DNA from: Candidatus Moraniibacteriota bacterium
GTDB taxonomy: Bacteria; Patescibacteriota; Minisyncoccia; Moranbacterales; UBA1568
Assembly (NCBI GenBank): GCA_052034975.1
Contig: JBPOIA010000010.1
Span: 12,957 to 76,956 of the forward strand
Length of the DNA stretch: 64,000 bases
Reading direction: 5' to 3'
The notes below the pieces were generated by a model. The model was not told the DNA's origin and searched no databases. It saw only the letters and a program-made list of their open reading frames with translations. Shown here piece by piece: positions 38,059-48,105 of this stretch. A program made the position numbers and the translations under genes. Position 1 is the stretch's first letter, and each line of letters opens with the position of its first letter.

Positions 38059-38156
38059 GCCTGAACAACGTTTCAAGCAAAGGAGGAGCCTATACGGAAA
38101 AGTGACCGCAGAAAGTGCTTCCAGCCGGGTACCGAGACATCGGACCCGGCTTTCTT
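38059..38156 (+). ncRNA. Candidate ~95-nt small RNA (promoter-to-terminator unit antisense/adjacent to the cysS 3' end)
   Basis: Starts ~7 nt after the TATACT box and ends at hairpin GCCGGGT-accgagacatcgg-ACCCGGC followed by TTTCTTATATCTTTCTT. Contains AAAGGAGGAG but no start codon at a suitable distance. Confidence 0.3.
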
Positions 38157-39561
38157 ATATCTTTCTTATGCGATAACCGTCGGCACCATCTTCGATCTTA
38201 TAGCCGCGCCCGGCGATTTCATCGCGTAAACGGTCGGATTCGGCGAAATTCTTGGCGATGCGGGCGGTTTCACGATCTTTGGCGAGTACCTCGATCTCTG
38301 ACGGAATGACCTCTTCTTCGACGAGGAGGCCGAAAAGAAAGAATATCTTTTCGAAGACGGCGTTGAGAACGGTTGCGTTTACCGGTTCATCGGCATCAAG
38401 CGCGATGTTGGTCTTCTTTGTGAGCTCAAGTGTCTGAGCGAGCGCTTCCGAAGTGTTCAGATCATCCTGAACTGCTTCGTGAATGCGGCCGAGAAAATCG
38501 TTGCCATCAAATCCGATTTTTCCGGAATCAGCGATATTGCGTATCCGACCATACGCACCGAAAATCGTCTCTTTGTTTTTCTTCGCTTGTTCGAGCGAGT
38601 CCCACGTGAAATTCATCTGCGTGCGGTAGTGCGCGCTGATCAGGAGCATTCGGAAATCCATCGGCGAAAACCCGCGCTCGACGAGGTCTTCGAGTGTGTA
38701 GAAATTTCCTTTCGATTTGGACATTTTCTGTCCATCGACCAAAATATGCCGCGTATGGAGCCAGTATCGGACAAACGGCTTCCCGGTCGCGCCTTCGGAC
38801 TGCACGATCTCGGCCTCATGATGAGGGAAGATGTTGTCTTCGCCGCCAGTATGGATATCGAACGTATCACCCAGGTATTCCGTGCTCATAGCCGAACATT
38901 CGATGTGCCAACCCGGATATCCTTCGCTCCACGGGCTCGGCCAGCGCATCAGGTGTTCTTTGGGTGCTTTGAGCCAGAGGGCAAAATCCCACGGATTTTT
39001 CTTATCCGGGTGTTCTTCGAGGCGTGCACCGATTTTGAGGTGTTCGATCGTGTTGCCAGAGAGCTTTCCATAGTTCGGGAACGTCGTTACGTCGAGAAAG
39101 ACATTGCCGTTCTTTTCGTAGGCGTGACCTTTTTCGATGAGCGTTTCGATGAGAGCGATCATCTGCTTGATATGGGCGGTGGCGCGGGGAAAATAGTGCG
39201 CGGAGAGGATATTCATCGATTGTTCCGCTTGATGAAAATACTCTTCATACATCGTTGCGATCGCTTCCGGCGTTTTTTTCTCGGTACGTGCCTGCCGTTC
39301 GATCTTGTCTTCGCCGGAATCCCCCTGGGCGATGTCGTCTTCTGTTAGGTGGCCCACGTCGGTGATATTTTTGATCAGACGCACCTCATAACCGGCGTCT
39401 TCTAACACGCGGCGCAAGGTATCGGCAAAGACATAGGCGCGGATATTGCCGATATGGATGCGGCCATAGACGGTGGGCCCGCAGGTATAGATGCCGACCT
39501 TCCCTGAATGAAGCGGCGTAAATTCTTCTTTTTGCTTGTGGAGCGTGTTATAGAAACGCAT
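38155..39561 (-). CDS. cysS: Cysteine--tRNA ligase
   Basis: HIGN (HIGNIRAYV) and KMSKS (KMSKSKGN) class I motifs; Cys-binding core. Confidence 0.9.
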   Translation of the reverse strand: MRFYNTLHKQKEEFTPLHSGKVGIYTCGPTVYGRIHIGNIRAYVFADTLRRVLEDAGYEVRLIKNITDVGHLTEDDIAQGDSGEDKIERQARTEKKTPEAIATMYEEYFHQAEQSMNILSAHYFPRATAHIKQMIALIETLIEKGHAYEKNGNVFLDVTTFPNYGKLSGNTIEHLKIGARLEEHPDKKNPWDFALWLKAPKEHLMRWPSPWSEGYPGWHIECSAMSTEYLGDTFDIHTGGEDNIFPHHEAEIVQSEGATGKPFVRYWLHTRHILVDGQKMSKSKGNFYTLEDLVERGFSPMDFRMLLISAHYRTQMNFTWDSLEQAKKNKETIFGAYGRIRNIADSGKIGFDGNDFLGRIHEAVQDDLNTSEALAQTLELTKKTNIALDADEPVNATVLNAVFEKIFFLFGLLVEEEVIPSEIEVLAKDRETARIAKNFAESDRLRDEIAGRGYKIEDGADGYRIRKI

Positions 39562-39663
39562 ACGAAAAACGGAATAAGATATAGGGTAATGATACCAAAC
39601 AAAAGAAAAGAGGGGTATATCCCTCAAAAAAGTTCCTGGAGATGTTTCCAATAAAAAACGGCG

Positions 39664-40572
39664 TCAGAGCCATTTTTTCCATCGGAAAATCGTGATGGTA
39701 ACAAGGGAAAGGAGCACCATAAATCCCGCGTGTATCCAAAATGCGTCCGGGCTGTGTCCGAACGGGATCTGTGCGCTCATCGCGAGCATATTGGAATATA
39801 CGGTCATCGGGAGCAGGATGGCGGAGAAGATCGTGAGCACTTTCATCGTGAGGTCGAGCTTGTTGGAGAGGAGCGAGTTGTTGGTAGCTTCGAGCGCTTC
39901 GATGGTTTCTTTTTGGCTTTCGAGAATGTTCCAAAGCCGGATGTTGGTGCCGATCAGGTCCTGAAAATAGATCTTCATCGCGACCGGGACAAAAGGATGC
40001 TCTTTCTGAAGGATGGATTCGAGGATGGAGCGCTGTGGTTTGAGCGTGCGACGAAAATTCAGGATATCCCGTTTGAGGACCGAGATTTCGAACACCATCT
40101 CCTTCTCTTTTTCCGCGAAAACTTGGCTTTCGATGAAATCGAGTTTTTCGGCGACGTGATTGAGCCGCGGGAAGCAGGAATTGAGGAGGATTTCGAGCAG
40201 CCGATGGAGAAGATGCGCCGGTGTCGCTTCACAGTACAATCGGCGTTTCCCTTCGCTCTTGTCGAGTTCGGAGAAAAATTTTCCGATCTGGTAGATCTCC
40301 TGCTTATGGCTTGTGATGAGGTGTCGGTCCGTCAGGATGATATCGAGTTCGCCCGGATAGGTGGTGCGATGCTCGATATCAAAGAGGGGAATGTGCACGG
40401 AAAAGAAGAGACAGTTGTCGTATTGGACGACTTTCGGCTGATATGTCGGCGTCACGAGCTCTTCGATGGCAAGAGGATGGATATTGAAATTCTCCTGCAA
40501 ATAGGTGATATCGTCCTGTTTGGGATCTTCGAAATCGATCCATGTCAGATTTTTGTGTTGAATGGTTTTCAT
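39664..40572 (-). CDS. corA: CorA-family divalent cation transporter
   Basis: Cytoplasmic alpha/beta domain plus two C-terminal TM helices with a YSNM variant of the GMN motif. A minus-strand TATACT box lies inside the longer ORF, so ATG 40572 is the preferred start. Confidence 0.75.
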   Translation of the reverse strand: MKTIQHKNLTWIDFEDPKQDDITYLQENFNIHPLAIEELVTPTYQPKVVQYDNCLFFSVHIPLFDIEHRTTYPGELDIILTDRHLITSHKQEIYQIGKFFSELDKSEGKRRLYCEATPAHLLHRLLEILLNSCFPRLNHVAEKLDFIESQVFAEKEKEMVFEISVLKRDILNFRRTLKPQRSILESILQKEHPFVPVAMKIYFQDLIGTNIRLWNILESQKETIEALEATNNSLLSNKLDLTMKVLTIFSAILLPMTVYSNMLAMSAQIPFGHSPDAFWIHAGFMVLLSLVTITIFRWKKWL

Positions 40573-40649
40573 CTGTTTTTTCGTTTGCATCCAGTATACC
40601 AGCGAATAGCCGATTGACAAAGAGATCGAAACGGGGTTATGCTGAGAGC

Positions 40650-40886
40650 GTGTTGAAACGCTTCATACTCTTCCTTATCCGGCTGTACCAAAAGACCCTG
40701 TCGTTCGATCACGGGGTTATCGGGAAGTTGTTCGGAGAGCGTTTCTGTCGATTTTATCCGACGTGTAGTGCTTACACGTACGAAGCTATCGGGAAGTATG
40801 GCATCGTACGCGGGAGTGGTATGGGGATTCATCGTATTGTCCGTTGCCATCCATGGAATGACGGGGGATACGATCCAGTGCCGTAA
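40650..40886 (+). CDS. yidD: Membrane protein insertion efficiency factor YidD
   Basis: [10 protein letters not shown]...[37 protein letters not shown] matches the YidD/DUF37 signature; GTG start. Confidence 0.7.
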   Translation: MLKRFILFLIRLYQKTLSFDHGVIGKLFGERFCRFYPTCSAYTYEAIGKYGIVRGSGMGIHRIVRCHPWNDGGYDPVP

Positions 40887-40941
40887 TGTTCGTTAACAAT
40901 TTTTTCAACCGTTCGCATTGCCAAAAAGAAAGGAGGGGGGT

Positions 40942-41112
40942 ATGGCGATTGCCAGCAACACCGTGCGTGTCCGGCAGATGAAACGTCTCGGACTAGGAAA
41001 AAGAGGGCGAGGAAGCAAGGATATCACCCGCTTGATCCAATGGCCGATCACACGCAGCCGGGCGAAGAAGTTCTTCTACGATTCGTCGTCTTACAAAAAG
41101 GAGAAGCAATAA
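40942..41112 (+). CDS. Small basic hypothetical protein (56 aa)
   Basis: Strong SD sequence AAAGGAGGGGGG upstream of ATG 40942; Lys/Arg-rich. The stop overlaps the next start (TAATG). Confidence 0.4.
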   Translation: MAIASNTVRVRQMKRLGLGKRGRGSKDITRLIQWPITRSRAKKFFYDSSSYKKEKQ

Positions 41113-41372
41113 TGGGTGGTGTCACGACAAAAATTGGCAAACAACCGAAACGCAAGAACGGACTCTCGATCCTATCGGACGAGACCAGGGAAACCTGCGA
41201 TTGCGAGAGCGGCGAATTCTGCGCTTGCGCGGGGGACGTCATTCCGCTTTCGGAAGCAGCCGAAGAGAAGTACCACTGCAACAACCCAGTCTGCCACGCG
41301 TGCAGCAATGAGGCCGAGTGCACCAAGCTCCACGGCCACCTATCCTCGCATTTCGTCGATTTGCATCACTAA
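41112..41372 (+). CDS. Cys/His-rich small protein, metallothionein-like (86 aa)
   Basis: AAGGAG SD sequence upstream. TCDCESGEFCACAGD..YHCNNPVCHACSNEAEC..HGH: 9 Cys and several His arranged CxC-x5-CxC / YxC-x4-CxxC, as in bacterial SmtA-type metallothioneins. Confidence 0.4.
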   Translation: MGGVTTKIGKQPKRKNGLSILSDETRETCDCESGEFCACAGDVIPLSEAAEEKYHCNNPVCHACSNEAECTKLHGHLSSHFVDLHH

Positions 41373-41460
41373 ACCCTTCGGGCAACATCCCGTTCCAAAA
41401 AGCCAAGACTTTCCCGGTCGTGGCTTTTTTTCATTGTCTTTTGTCGAAAATCCTTCCTGT

Positions 41461-41487
41461 TTAGCACTCAGACTTGACGAGTGCTAA
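41461..41487 (+). promoter_or_regulatory. CIRCE operator (HrcA binding site) upstream of hrcA-grpE-dnaK
   Basis: TTAGCACTC-N9-GAGTGCTAA perfect inverted repeat. Confidence 0.9.
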
Positions 41488-41514
41488 ACAGTTTTTTATA
41501 ATGGAACCATACCT

Positions 41515-42264
41515 ATGAATACCCGGCAAAAACAAGTCCTCTCGGCCATTGTCGAACTCTATACCAAAACCGCGCTTCCGGTCGGATCGCAGGCGCTTTT
41601 GGAACATTTCGAATTTCCCGTATCGTCCGCAACGCTCCGCAATGATATGGTACTGCTCGAAGAAGAAGGCTATCTCTATCAGCCGCACGTCTCGGCCGGC
41701 CGCATCCCGACTGATCAGGGCTACCGCTTCTATGTCGAAGAGATGATGGGCGACGAAGAGCTCTCGCGCGAAGATCAGCGGACGCTCCAAAAAGAGCTCC
41801 TCGTGATGAAAGCCAAACAAGCGCGGATGGGTCGGAGCACCGCCAAACTCCTCTCGGCACTTTCCGGCAATTTGGCCGTCTCCGGTATCATCGGCCGTGA
41901 CGAATTCTATGATTTCGGGATGAAAGAACTGATGGAGAAGCCGGAATTCCAAGAAATCGACGAGCTTTGTCGCCTGGTGGAAACACTCGATTCGCTCGAT
42001 GAGAAACTCGACGGCATACTCGGCCAACTGAAAGACGGCAAGACACATATCTTCATCGGGGAGGAGAATCCGATCCACGAGATCTCCAACTGCTCGATGG
42101 TCGTCGCGCCGTATAAGAACAAAGACGGTCGTGGTGTGCTCGCTATCATCGGCCCCAAGCGGATGGACTACGCCAAGAACAAATCCCTCATCGAATATAT
42201 GAAGAAACTCCTTTCATCGTCGATAGTCGTGGTCGCAGCAGGGAACATTATTTTTATCGCATAA
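41515..42264 (+). CDS. hrcA: Heat-inducible transcription repressor HrcA
   Basis: RQKQVLSAIVELYTKTALPVGSQAL..SSATLRNDMVLLEEEGYL winged helix; sits behind CIRCE. Confidence 0.9.
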   Translation: MNTRQKQVLSAIVELYTKTALPVGSQALLEHFEFPVSSATLRNDMVLLEEEGYLYQPHVSAGRIPTDQGYRFYVEEMMGDEELSREDQRTLQKELLVMKAKQARMGRSTAKLLSALSGNLAVSGIIGRDEFYDFGMKELMEKPEFQEIDELCRLVETLDSLDEKLDGILGQLKDGKTHIFIGEENPIHEISNCSMVVAPYKNKDGRGVLAIIGPKRMDYAKNKSLIEYMKKLLSSSIVVVAAGNIIFIA

Positions 42265-42267
42265 GAT

Positions 42268-42810
42268 ATGCCGCACAAAAAACATACCGAAAAACAAGAA
42301 GAAGAAAAAGATATTGTTTCAGCAACTTCATCCGAAGAACCAACGCAAGAAACGATCGAGACAAAAACGGAATCAGAATGGGAAACGAAAGCGAACGAAT
42401 ACCTAAACGATCTGAAACGTCTGCAAGCGGAATTCGAGAACTACAAGAAACGGCAGGACGCACAGCAAAAAGAACTCCGTGGCATCCTCATCGAAAAGCT
42501 TGTCCTCGACATCGTCCCTGTTCTCGATAACTTCCGCACCGCCACAGAACACGTGCCGGAAGCGGAGCGGGAGAGTCCCTGGGTCACCGGTATCCGATAT
42601 ATCGAGAAGCAGCTCGAAACAGTCCTCACCGACAACGGACTCTCGACGATCGAAGCGAAAGAAGACGATATATTCGATCCGAATATCCACGAAGCGGTGA
42701 GTGACGAGAGTGACGGAAGCGATGAGAAGCACAGCATCGCCAAAGTCGTCCAAAAAGGATATCGGTTCGGTGAACGGATCATCCGGCCGGCGAAAGTGAT
42801 AGTCAAATAA
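42268..42810 (+). CDS. grpE: Nucleotide exchange factor GrpE
   Basis: LKRLQAEFENYKKR, LDNFRTA and GYRFGERIIRPAKVIV motifs. Confidence 0.9.
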   Translation: MPHKKHTEKQEEEKDIVSATSSEEPTQETIETKTESEWETKANEYLNDLKRLQAEFENYKKRQDAQQKELRGILIEKLVLDIVPVLDNFRTATEHVPEAERESPWVTGIRYIEKQLETVLTDNGLSTIEAKEDDIFDPNIHEAVSDESDGSDEKHSIAKVVQKGYRFGERIIRPAKVIVK

Positions 42811-42843
42811 TTTCTAAATAATGTAAATAATAAAGCTAATCCT

Positions 42844-44769
42844 ATGAGCAAAATACTCGGTATCGATCTCGGAACAACCAATTCTTGTATGGCGATCGTG
42901 GAAGGCGGTAGCCCGACCATCCTCGAAAACAAGGAGGGAAACCGCACCACGCCATCGATGGTAGCGATCAGCAAGACCGGCGAGCGTCTCGTTGGTCTCC
43001 TCGCCAAGCGCCAAGCCGTTACTAATCCGGAAAACACGCTCTTTTCCATCAAGCGCTTGATCGGCCGGCATTTTAACGATGACGAAGTACAGCGCGATCA
43101 GAAAACGCTTCCGTACAAGATCATCCAGGCCGGCGAGGGCACGAAAGTCGTGATGGGCGGCAAGGAATACACGCCGCAGGAAATCTCGGCGATGGTACTC
43201 CAGAAACTGAAAGCTGATGCCGAAGAGAAGCTCGGTGAAAAAATTACGGATGCAGTGATCACCGTTCCGGCATACTTCGACGACTCACAGCGCAAAGCGA
43301 CGATGGAAGCCGGTGCGATCGCCGGATTCAACGTGCGCCGCATCATCAACGAGCCGACCGCGGCCGCGCTCGCGTATGGTTTCAATAAGAAGAAAGACGA
43401 GAAAATCGCCGTGTACGACCTGGGTGGCGGTACTTTCGACATCTCCATCCTCGAGGTGGCCGAAGACACCGTGGAAGTGAAATCAACCAACGGCGATACG
43501 CATCTGGGTGGCGACGACTTCGACCAGAAGATCATTCATTGGATCATCGACGAGTTCAAGAAACAGGAAGGTATCGACCTCGGCCGCGATCCGCTCGCGC
43601 TTCAGCGCATCAAGGAGGCCGCCGAAAAAGCCAAGATCGAACTCTCGACCGCCGCTGACACCGAGATCAATCAGCCATTCATCACGAGTGATGCTTCCGG
43701 CCCCAAGCACTTGGTCCTCAAGATGTCCCGCGCCAAACTCGAAGAACTCGTGCATAGCCTCGTCGAAGCGACATTCGAACCGGTGAAGAAAGCGCTCGCC
43801 GATGCCAAGCTCTCTGCAAGCGACATCAACGAGGTGGTCTTGGTCGGCGGTATGACGAGAATGCCGCTCGTGCTCTCGTCTGTTGAGAAATTCTTCGGCA
43901 AGAAACCGAACATTACTGTCAATCCGGATGAGGTGGTGGCGGCCGGTGCGGCCATCCAAGGCGGTGTGCTCGAAGGTTCCGTGAAAGACGTACTCCTTCT
44001 CGATGTCACTCCTTTGACATTCGGTATCGAGACTTTGGGTGGTGTGCGTACGCCACTCATCGACCGCAATACGACCGTACCGGTATCGCGTTCGCAGGTC
44101 TTTTCGACCGCGGCCGACAATCAGCCTTCCGTCGAGATTCACGTCCTCCAGGGCGAGCGCGAGATGGCAAGTGACAACAAATCCCTCGGCCGGTTCATCT
44201 TGGACGGTATTCCGCCGGCACCACGCGGCATTCCGCAGGTGGAAGTCACTTTTGACATCGACGCCTCTGGTATCCTTACTGTGACCGCCAAAGACAAAGC
44301 GAGCGGCAAGAGCCAAAATATCCGCATCGAGGCATCCACAGGGCTTTCCAAGGATGAAATCGAACGGATGAAAAAAGACGCCGAACTCCACGCCGAGGAA
44401 GACAAGCGCAAGAAAGAATTGATCGAGGCGCGCAATATGGCCGATACGCTTTCCTACACGACCGAAAAAGCGATGAAGGACGCTGGTGACAAGCTCACGG
44501 CCGATGAGAAGAAACCGGTCGAGGACGCGATCGTCGAACTCAACAAAGTAAAAAATGGCGACGATCTCGAAGCGATCAAGAAAACAACCGAAACGTTGTC
44601 GCAAGCGGCGCAAAAGATCGGCGAGAAGCTCTACAAAGCCGCGCAGGAAGCGCAGGCCGCCCAGCAGCCAGCAGGGGAAGCCAAGCCGACAGGCGAGACC
44701 CCAAAGGACGCCGAGGTTGAAGACAAGTCAGCCGACAGCGACAAACCAGCTGACGAGGAGAAAAAATAA
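42844..44769 (+). CDS. dnaK: Chaperone DnaK (Hsp70)
   Basis: [23 protein letters not shown] and [10 protein letters not shown] signatures. Confidence 0.95.
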   Translation: MSKILGIDLGTTNSCMAIVEGGSPTILENKEGNRTTPSMVAISKTGERLVGLLAKRQAVTNPENTLFSIKRLIGRHFNDDEVQRDQKTLPYKIIQAGEGTKVVMGGKEYTPQEISAMVLQKLKADAEEKLGEKITDAVITVPAYFDDSQRKATMEAGAIAGFNVRRIINEPTAAALAYGFNKKKDEKIAVYDLGGGTFDISILEVAEDTVEVKSTNGDTHLGGDDFDQKIIHWIIDEFKKQEGIDLGRDPLALQRIKEAAEKAKIELSTAADTEINQPFITSDASGPKHLVLKMSRAKLEELVHSLVEATFEPVKKALADAKLSASDINEVVLVGGMTRMPLVLSSVEKFFGKKPNITVNPDEVVAAGAAIQGGVLEGSVKDVLLLDVTPLTFGIETLGGVRTPLIDRNTTVPVSRSQVFSTAADNQPSVEIHVLQGEREMASDNKSLGRFILDGIPPAPRGIPQVEVTFDIDASGILTVTAKDKASGKSQNIRIEASTGLSKDEIERMKKDAELHAEEDKRKKELIEARNMADTLSYTTEKAMKDAGDKLTADEKKPVEDAIVELNKVKNGDDLEAIKKTTETLSQAAQKIGEKLYKAAQEAQAAQQPAGEAKPTGETPKDAEVEDKSADSDKPADEEKK

Positions 44770-44816
44770 GGAGTATATTAAGAGCGGAGGTTTTCCTCCG
44801 CTCTTAAAAAATTATA

Positions 44817-45352
44817 TGGAATATCCTAAAAAAGTGAAAATTGATGGTGTTGATTGGTATATAACTCTAAACATTGATAAAACCAGGAATTTACAACCAC
44901 TCTGCCCCATTCATGGCCTAAGACTTTACACTCCTCATAATTTTAGAGAATATGAGACAATTATTTTGTGTTGTGCAGGTTGCAAAGAAACTTATAAATT
45001 GCCAAGAGTAGTTTCTAAGGAAAGAGTATATATCATTGATAAAATTGATTCTGAGACTTTCAAAAAAATGAAAGTTTTAAACTTAGATGATGAATCTATT
45101 CCTATTGCTGAAACGAAAATCAAATCAGGAGATAATAAATATTTTGTAACCGGCCTACTTACTAAGTCAAAAGTCGGTTTGCGATTGGTGTTGTATGCTG
45201 GCAAGCAGGGACATTCTCAAAAAACGCAGATTTTTGTTGAACCAAAAATTAAAAGACTTGCTTTTGATCAAAAAGATATTCATCCATCTGACGTATTTAC
45301 AAAGATTGAAGCGACTTTTGATGATGGTACAAAAAGTTCCATAAATAAATAG
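44817..45352 (+). CDS. Hypothetical protein in an AT-rich island (178 aa), putative Zn-ribbon near the N-terminus
   Basis: ~33% GC versus ~53% in the flanks. CPIHG...CCAGC cysteine pattern. Follows the dnaK terminator hairpin aagagcggaggttttcctccgctctt. Confidence 0.45.
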
Positions 45353-45478
45353 AAAAAGAAGCAAATACTTTTTTAAAGAAAAACCGAATTGTTAACCAAA
45401 ATGATGACCGTCGGCTCGGGTAATATTTTCAAAACCATCAATTTCGTGGGAGAATAAGGGTATTGAAATAAAAACCTT

Positions 45479-45985
45479 ATGGAAAAAAGAGAGAACTTGG
45501 CATTTATTGATGGCCAAAACCTCTATATGGGTACGGCCAAGCGTGAGCGGGATCCGTGGCGGATAGACTTACGGCGTTTCCGCGTGTACTTGGAGCAAAA
45601 GTATGGCATCGCGAAGGCGTACTATTTCCTCGGCTACGTACAGGAGACGAATGAGGAATTGTACGAGGAAATACAGGCAGCTGGTTTCGTGCTGATGTTT
45701 CGCGAGCACAATGCCGCGATGCTCGGTAAAAAGAAAGGAAATGTCGATTCGGACATCATCTTTCAGACGATGAAGCGGGTGTGTAAGGCGGAAGTTCCCG
45801 GGAAAATATTCCTCGTATCCGGCGATGGGGATTACAAGATGCTGGTGGATTTTCTCATCGAAGAAAGGAAATTTGGCAAGATGCTTTTCCCGAATAGACA
45901 GTATGCTTCGTCGCTCTATAAGAAGCTCGGCTCCGAGTATTTTGATTATCTTGAATTTGTCCGTGAGAAAATTGGGACAAAATAA
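45479..45985 (+). CDS. NYN-domain (LabA/PIN-like) putative ribonuclease
   Basis: AFIDGQNLYMG ... VSGDGDYKMLVDFL conserved acidic residues of the NYN/LabA fold. Confidence 0.7.
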   Translation: MEKRENLAFIDGQNLYMGTAKRERDPWRIDLRRFRVYLEQKYGIAKAYYFLGYVQETNEELYEEIQAAGFVLMFREHNAAMLGKKKGNVDSDIIFQTMKRVCKAEVPGKIFLVSGDGDYKMLVDFLIEERKFGKMLFPNRQYASSLYKKLGSEYFDYLEFVREKIGTK

Positions 45986-46133
45986 AAAGGGCTCCTTAGG
46001 TAATTAGCCGTTCGGATCCCTTTTCGTCTGAATGTTTCTATTATAGCAGATCTACGGTTGATGTCAATACGTCCGCCTTAGTTTCTTGGCTTATTATTGC
46101 AGTATTTTTCCGAAAACCTGCTATACTGGCGGT

Positions 46134-46586
46134 ATGAAACGATGCTCGACGATATTTCTTCAAGCGGTCGTTGTGGCTCTCGGTATCGGGGCACTTGTCT
46201 TTGTATTGTGGGAGCCGCATCTTGAGGGGAGGAATGTTGGCGCCACGCTTTATCAGATCTATTTCCACGACCCGTTCCTCTGGTACGTGTATACCGCTTC
46301 CGTCGCGTTCTTTGTAGCACTCTATCAGGCATTCAAATTGTTGGGATATATACGACACAACGAAGCGTCTTCAGAAGCGTCGGCGAAAGCCGTGCGGACG
46401 ATAAAATACTCTGCGATGATACTCGTCGCTTTTATCCTAGGAGCGGAAGTTTACTTTTTCACAATTCAACACCAAGCGGGGGAGGATATCGCGGGCGGTG
46501 TCGTTATCGGCCTTTTTCTCATCTTTGTTTCCGCTCTCATCGCCGCCGCTTCGGATGTGCTCGAGGGTCTCATTCTGAAACGATAA
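46134..46586 (+). CDS. Four-TM membrane protein (DUF2975-like)
   Basis: Four hydrophobic helices; gcTATACTgg promoter at ~46119; the ORF opens earlier with a non-ATG codon. Confidence 0.5.
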   Translation: MKRCSTIFLQAVVVALGIGALVFVLWEPHLEGRNVGATLYQIYFHDPFLWYVYTASVAFFVALYQAFKLLGYIRHNEASSEASAKAVRTIKYSAMILVAFILGAEVYFFTIQHQAGEDIAGGVVIGLFLIFVSALIAAASDVLEGLILKR

Positions 46587-46676
46587 TCAACAAAGTATGT
46601 ATCATATCAGCACAAGAATATTCTCGGCTTGATCGCCACATAATTTTTTATAATTAATTATTTAAGAAACGTTTTA

Positions 46677-46844
46677 TGGACAAGGTGAAGATCGAAAATC
46701 ATAGTTTTACGGGGTTCTCGTGGTGCACGGGGTGGCTTTTTACGATCGGCTTCCTCAAACTGTCGTTTTGGAAGGGCGTTCTTGCGATCGTTCTGTGGCC
46801 GTACTACATCGGCCAATATGTGAGTGTCATCGTCGGAAATTAAA
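46677..46844 (+). CDS. Small membrane protein (55 aa; below the ORF-track length cutoff)
   Basis: ATG GAC AAG GTG AAG ... GGA AAT TAA encodes MDKVKIENHSFTGFSWCTGWLFTIGFLKLSFWKGVLAIVLWPYYIGQYVSVIVGN. The stop is adjacent to the next gene's start. Confidence 0.3.
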
Positions 46845-46853
46845 ATTCAGATT

Positions 46854-47345
46854 ATGAAAAAGGCGATTTTTGTCATCGTCGGCGTTGTGGTCGTCGGAAT
46901 AGCGTGGTACGGTCTGTCGCCGCTTTTGAAAAACAAGACGGTGAACGATGCTCTGCCGGAAAATACTGTGGTTGATCAAAAGATAAAGAGCGACGAATCA
47001 GTAGTCCCGCTCGAAGAAGAAGAGCAAGAGGTCAGACGAGCGCCGGTAGTGGATACGCCGACCCATCCGGCGAGCGGATTCGTACGCCTCGTACAAAATG
47101 GCGACGAGACGATCGTCCGTTACGAGGAATACAAGACGATCAATGGTCCCGATGTGCGCGTCTATCTCGCCAATGACCTCAAAGCGAGCGATTTCGTCGA
47201 TCTCGGACCAATCAAGGGAACGGAGGGGAATATCAATTATTCCGTGCCGCAGGGCGTCGATATCTCCAAATATCGCTACGCGCTGACGTGGTGCGAGGAT
47301 TTTGCCGTTCTTTTCAATTCCGCCGATCTCTCGCTGACAAGATAA
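46854..47345 (+). CDS. DM13-domain secreted protein
   Basis: Signal/TM at the N-terminus; ..GFVRLVQNGDETIVRYEEYKTINGPDVRVYLAND..YRYALTWCEDF matches the DM13 family. Confidence 0.55.
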   Translation: MKKAIFVIVGVVVVGIAWYGLSPLLKNKTVNDALPENTVVDQKIKSDESVVPLEEEEQEVRRAPVVDTPTHPASGFVRLVQNGDETIVRYEEYKTINGPDVRVYLANDLKASDFVDLGPIKGTEGNINYSVPQGVDISKYRYALTWCEDFAVLFNSADLSLTR

Positions 47346-47441
47346 AAAAGAAATTTGAAATGAAAAAGTTCTTTTTATGCGGTTCGGATGATGATTTCGC
47401 CCAATCGACTTTTTCCTTCATATGTGGTAAAATTGGCACCT

Positions 47442-48017
47442 ATGAAGATAATATCCGCAAAATTTGTAAAGGGAGTGACGGGATCCGAGGGCTTGCCAGA
47501 GCCATCGCGTCCGACCGTGGCTTTTTTCGGGCGTTCCAATGTTGGAAAATCGAGTGTCATTAACTCGATCGTACAGCGTAAGGACCTTGCACATTCCAAT
47601 TCGCGTGCTGGCCGGACGACGGAAATCAACTATTTTCTCGTCAATGACAGCTGGTATATGGCTGATTTGCCGGGATACGGTTATGCCAAATTACCCGAGA
47701 CACTTCGTATCAAGCTGAGTAAATATCTTTCGTGGTATGCCGCCGATATGCGCATCAACCTCAAATGGGCCATACTCGTCGTCGATGCGGAAATAGGCAT
47801 TAAAGATTCGGATCGGGAAACATTTGCTTTACTTAAAGAATATGGCCGCAAGGTTCTCATTCTTGCCAATAAATCCGACAAGGGAAAACGGAGCGACGTA
47901 ATAAAGAATATTTACATATTTAAGAACGAATTCGCCGGCTCCCCAGTCGTCCGTTATTCTGCCAAAACCGGTGATGGGCGGAACGAACTTTTGGATATGC
48001 TTTGGCCGGAATATTAA
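47442..48017 (+). CDS. engB: Ribosome biogenesis GTP-binding protein EngB/YsxC
   Basis: G1 [12 protein letters not shown]3 DLPGYGY and G4 NKSD motifs; intact full-length copy. Confidence 0.85.
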   Translation: MKIISAKFVKGVTGSEGLPEPSRPTVAFFGRSNVGKSSVINSIVQRKDLAHSNSRAGRTTEINYFLVNDSWYMADLPGYGYAKLPETLRIKLSKYLSWYAADMRINLKWAILVVDAEIGIKDSDRETFALLKEYGRKVLILANKSDKGKRSDVIKNIYIFKNEFAGSPVVRYSAKTGDGRNELLDMLWPEY

Positions 48018-48105
48018 GAAAATGTCCATTTAAGGCTGAAATATCGAAAGAAAAAAGGACCCGCGTTGCGGATCCTTTTGAAGAGGATGCTAAAAACAGT
48101 TCTTG

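Noticed and set aside
43483-44613. 376-aa minus-strand ORF
   Set aside because: Antisense to dnaK.
46590-46680. Possible promoter or riboswitch upstream of the small membrane ORF
   Set aside because: Only AT-rich sequence with weak hexamers; no conserved riboswitch core recognised.
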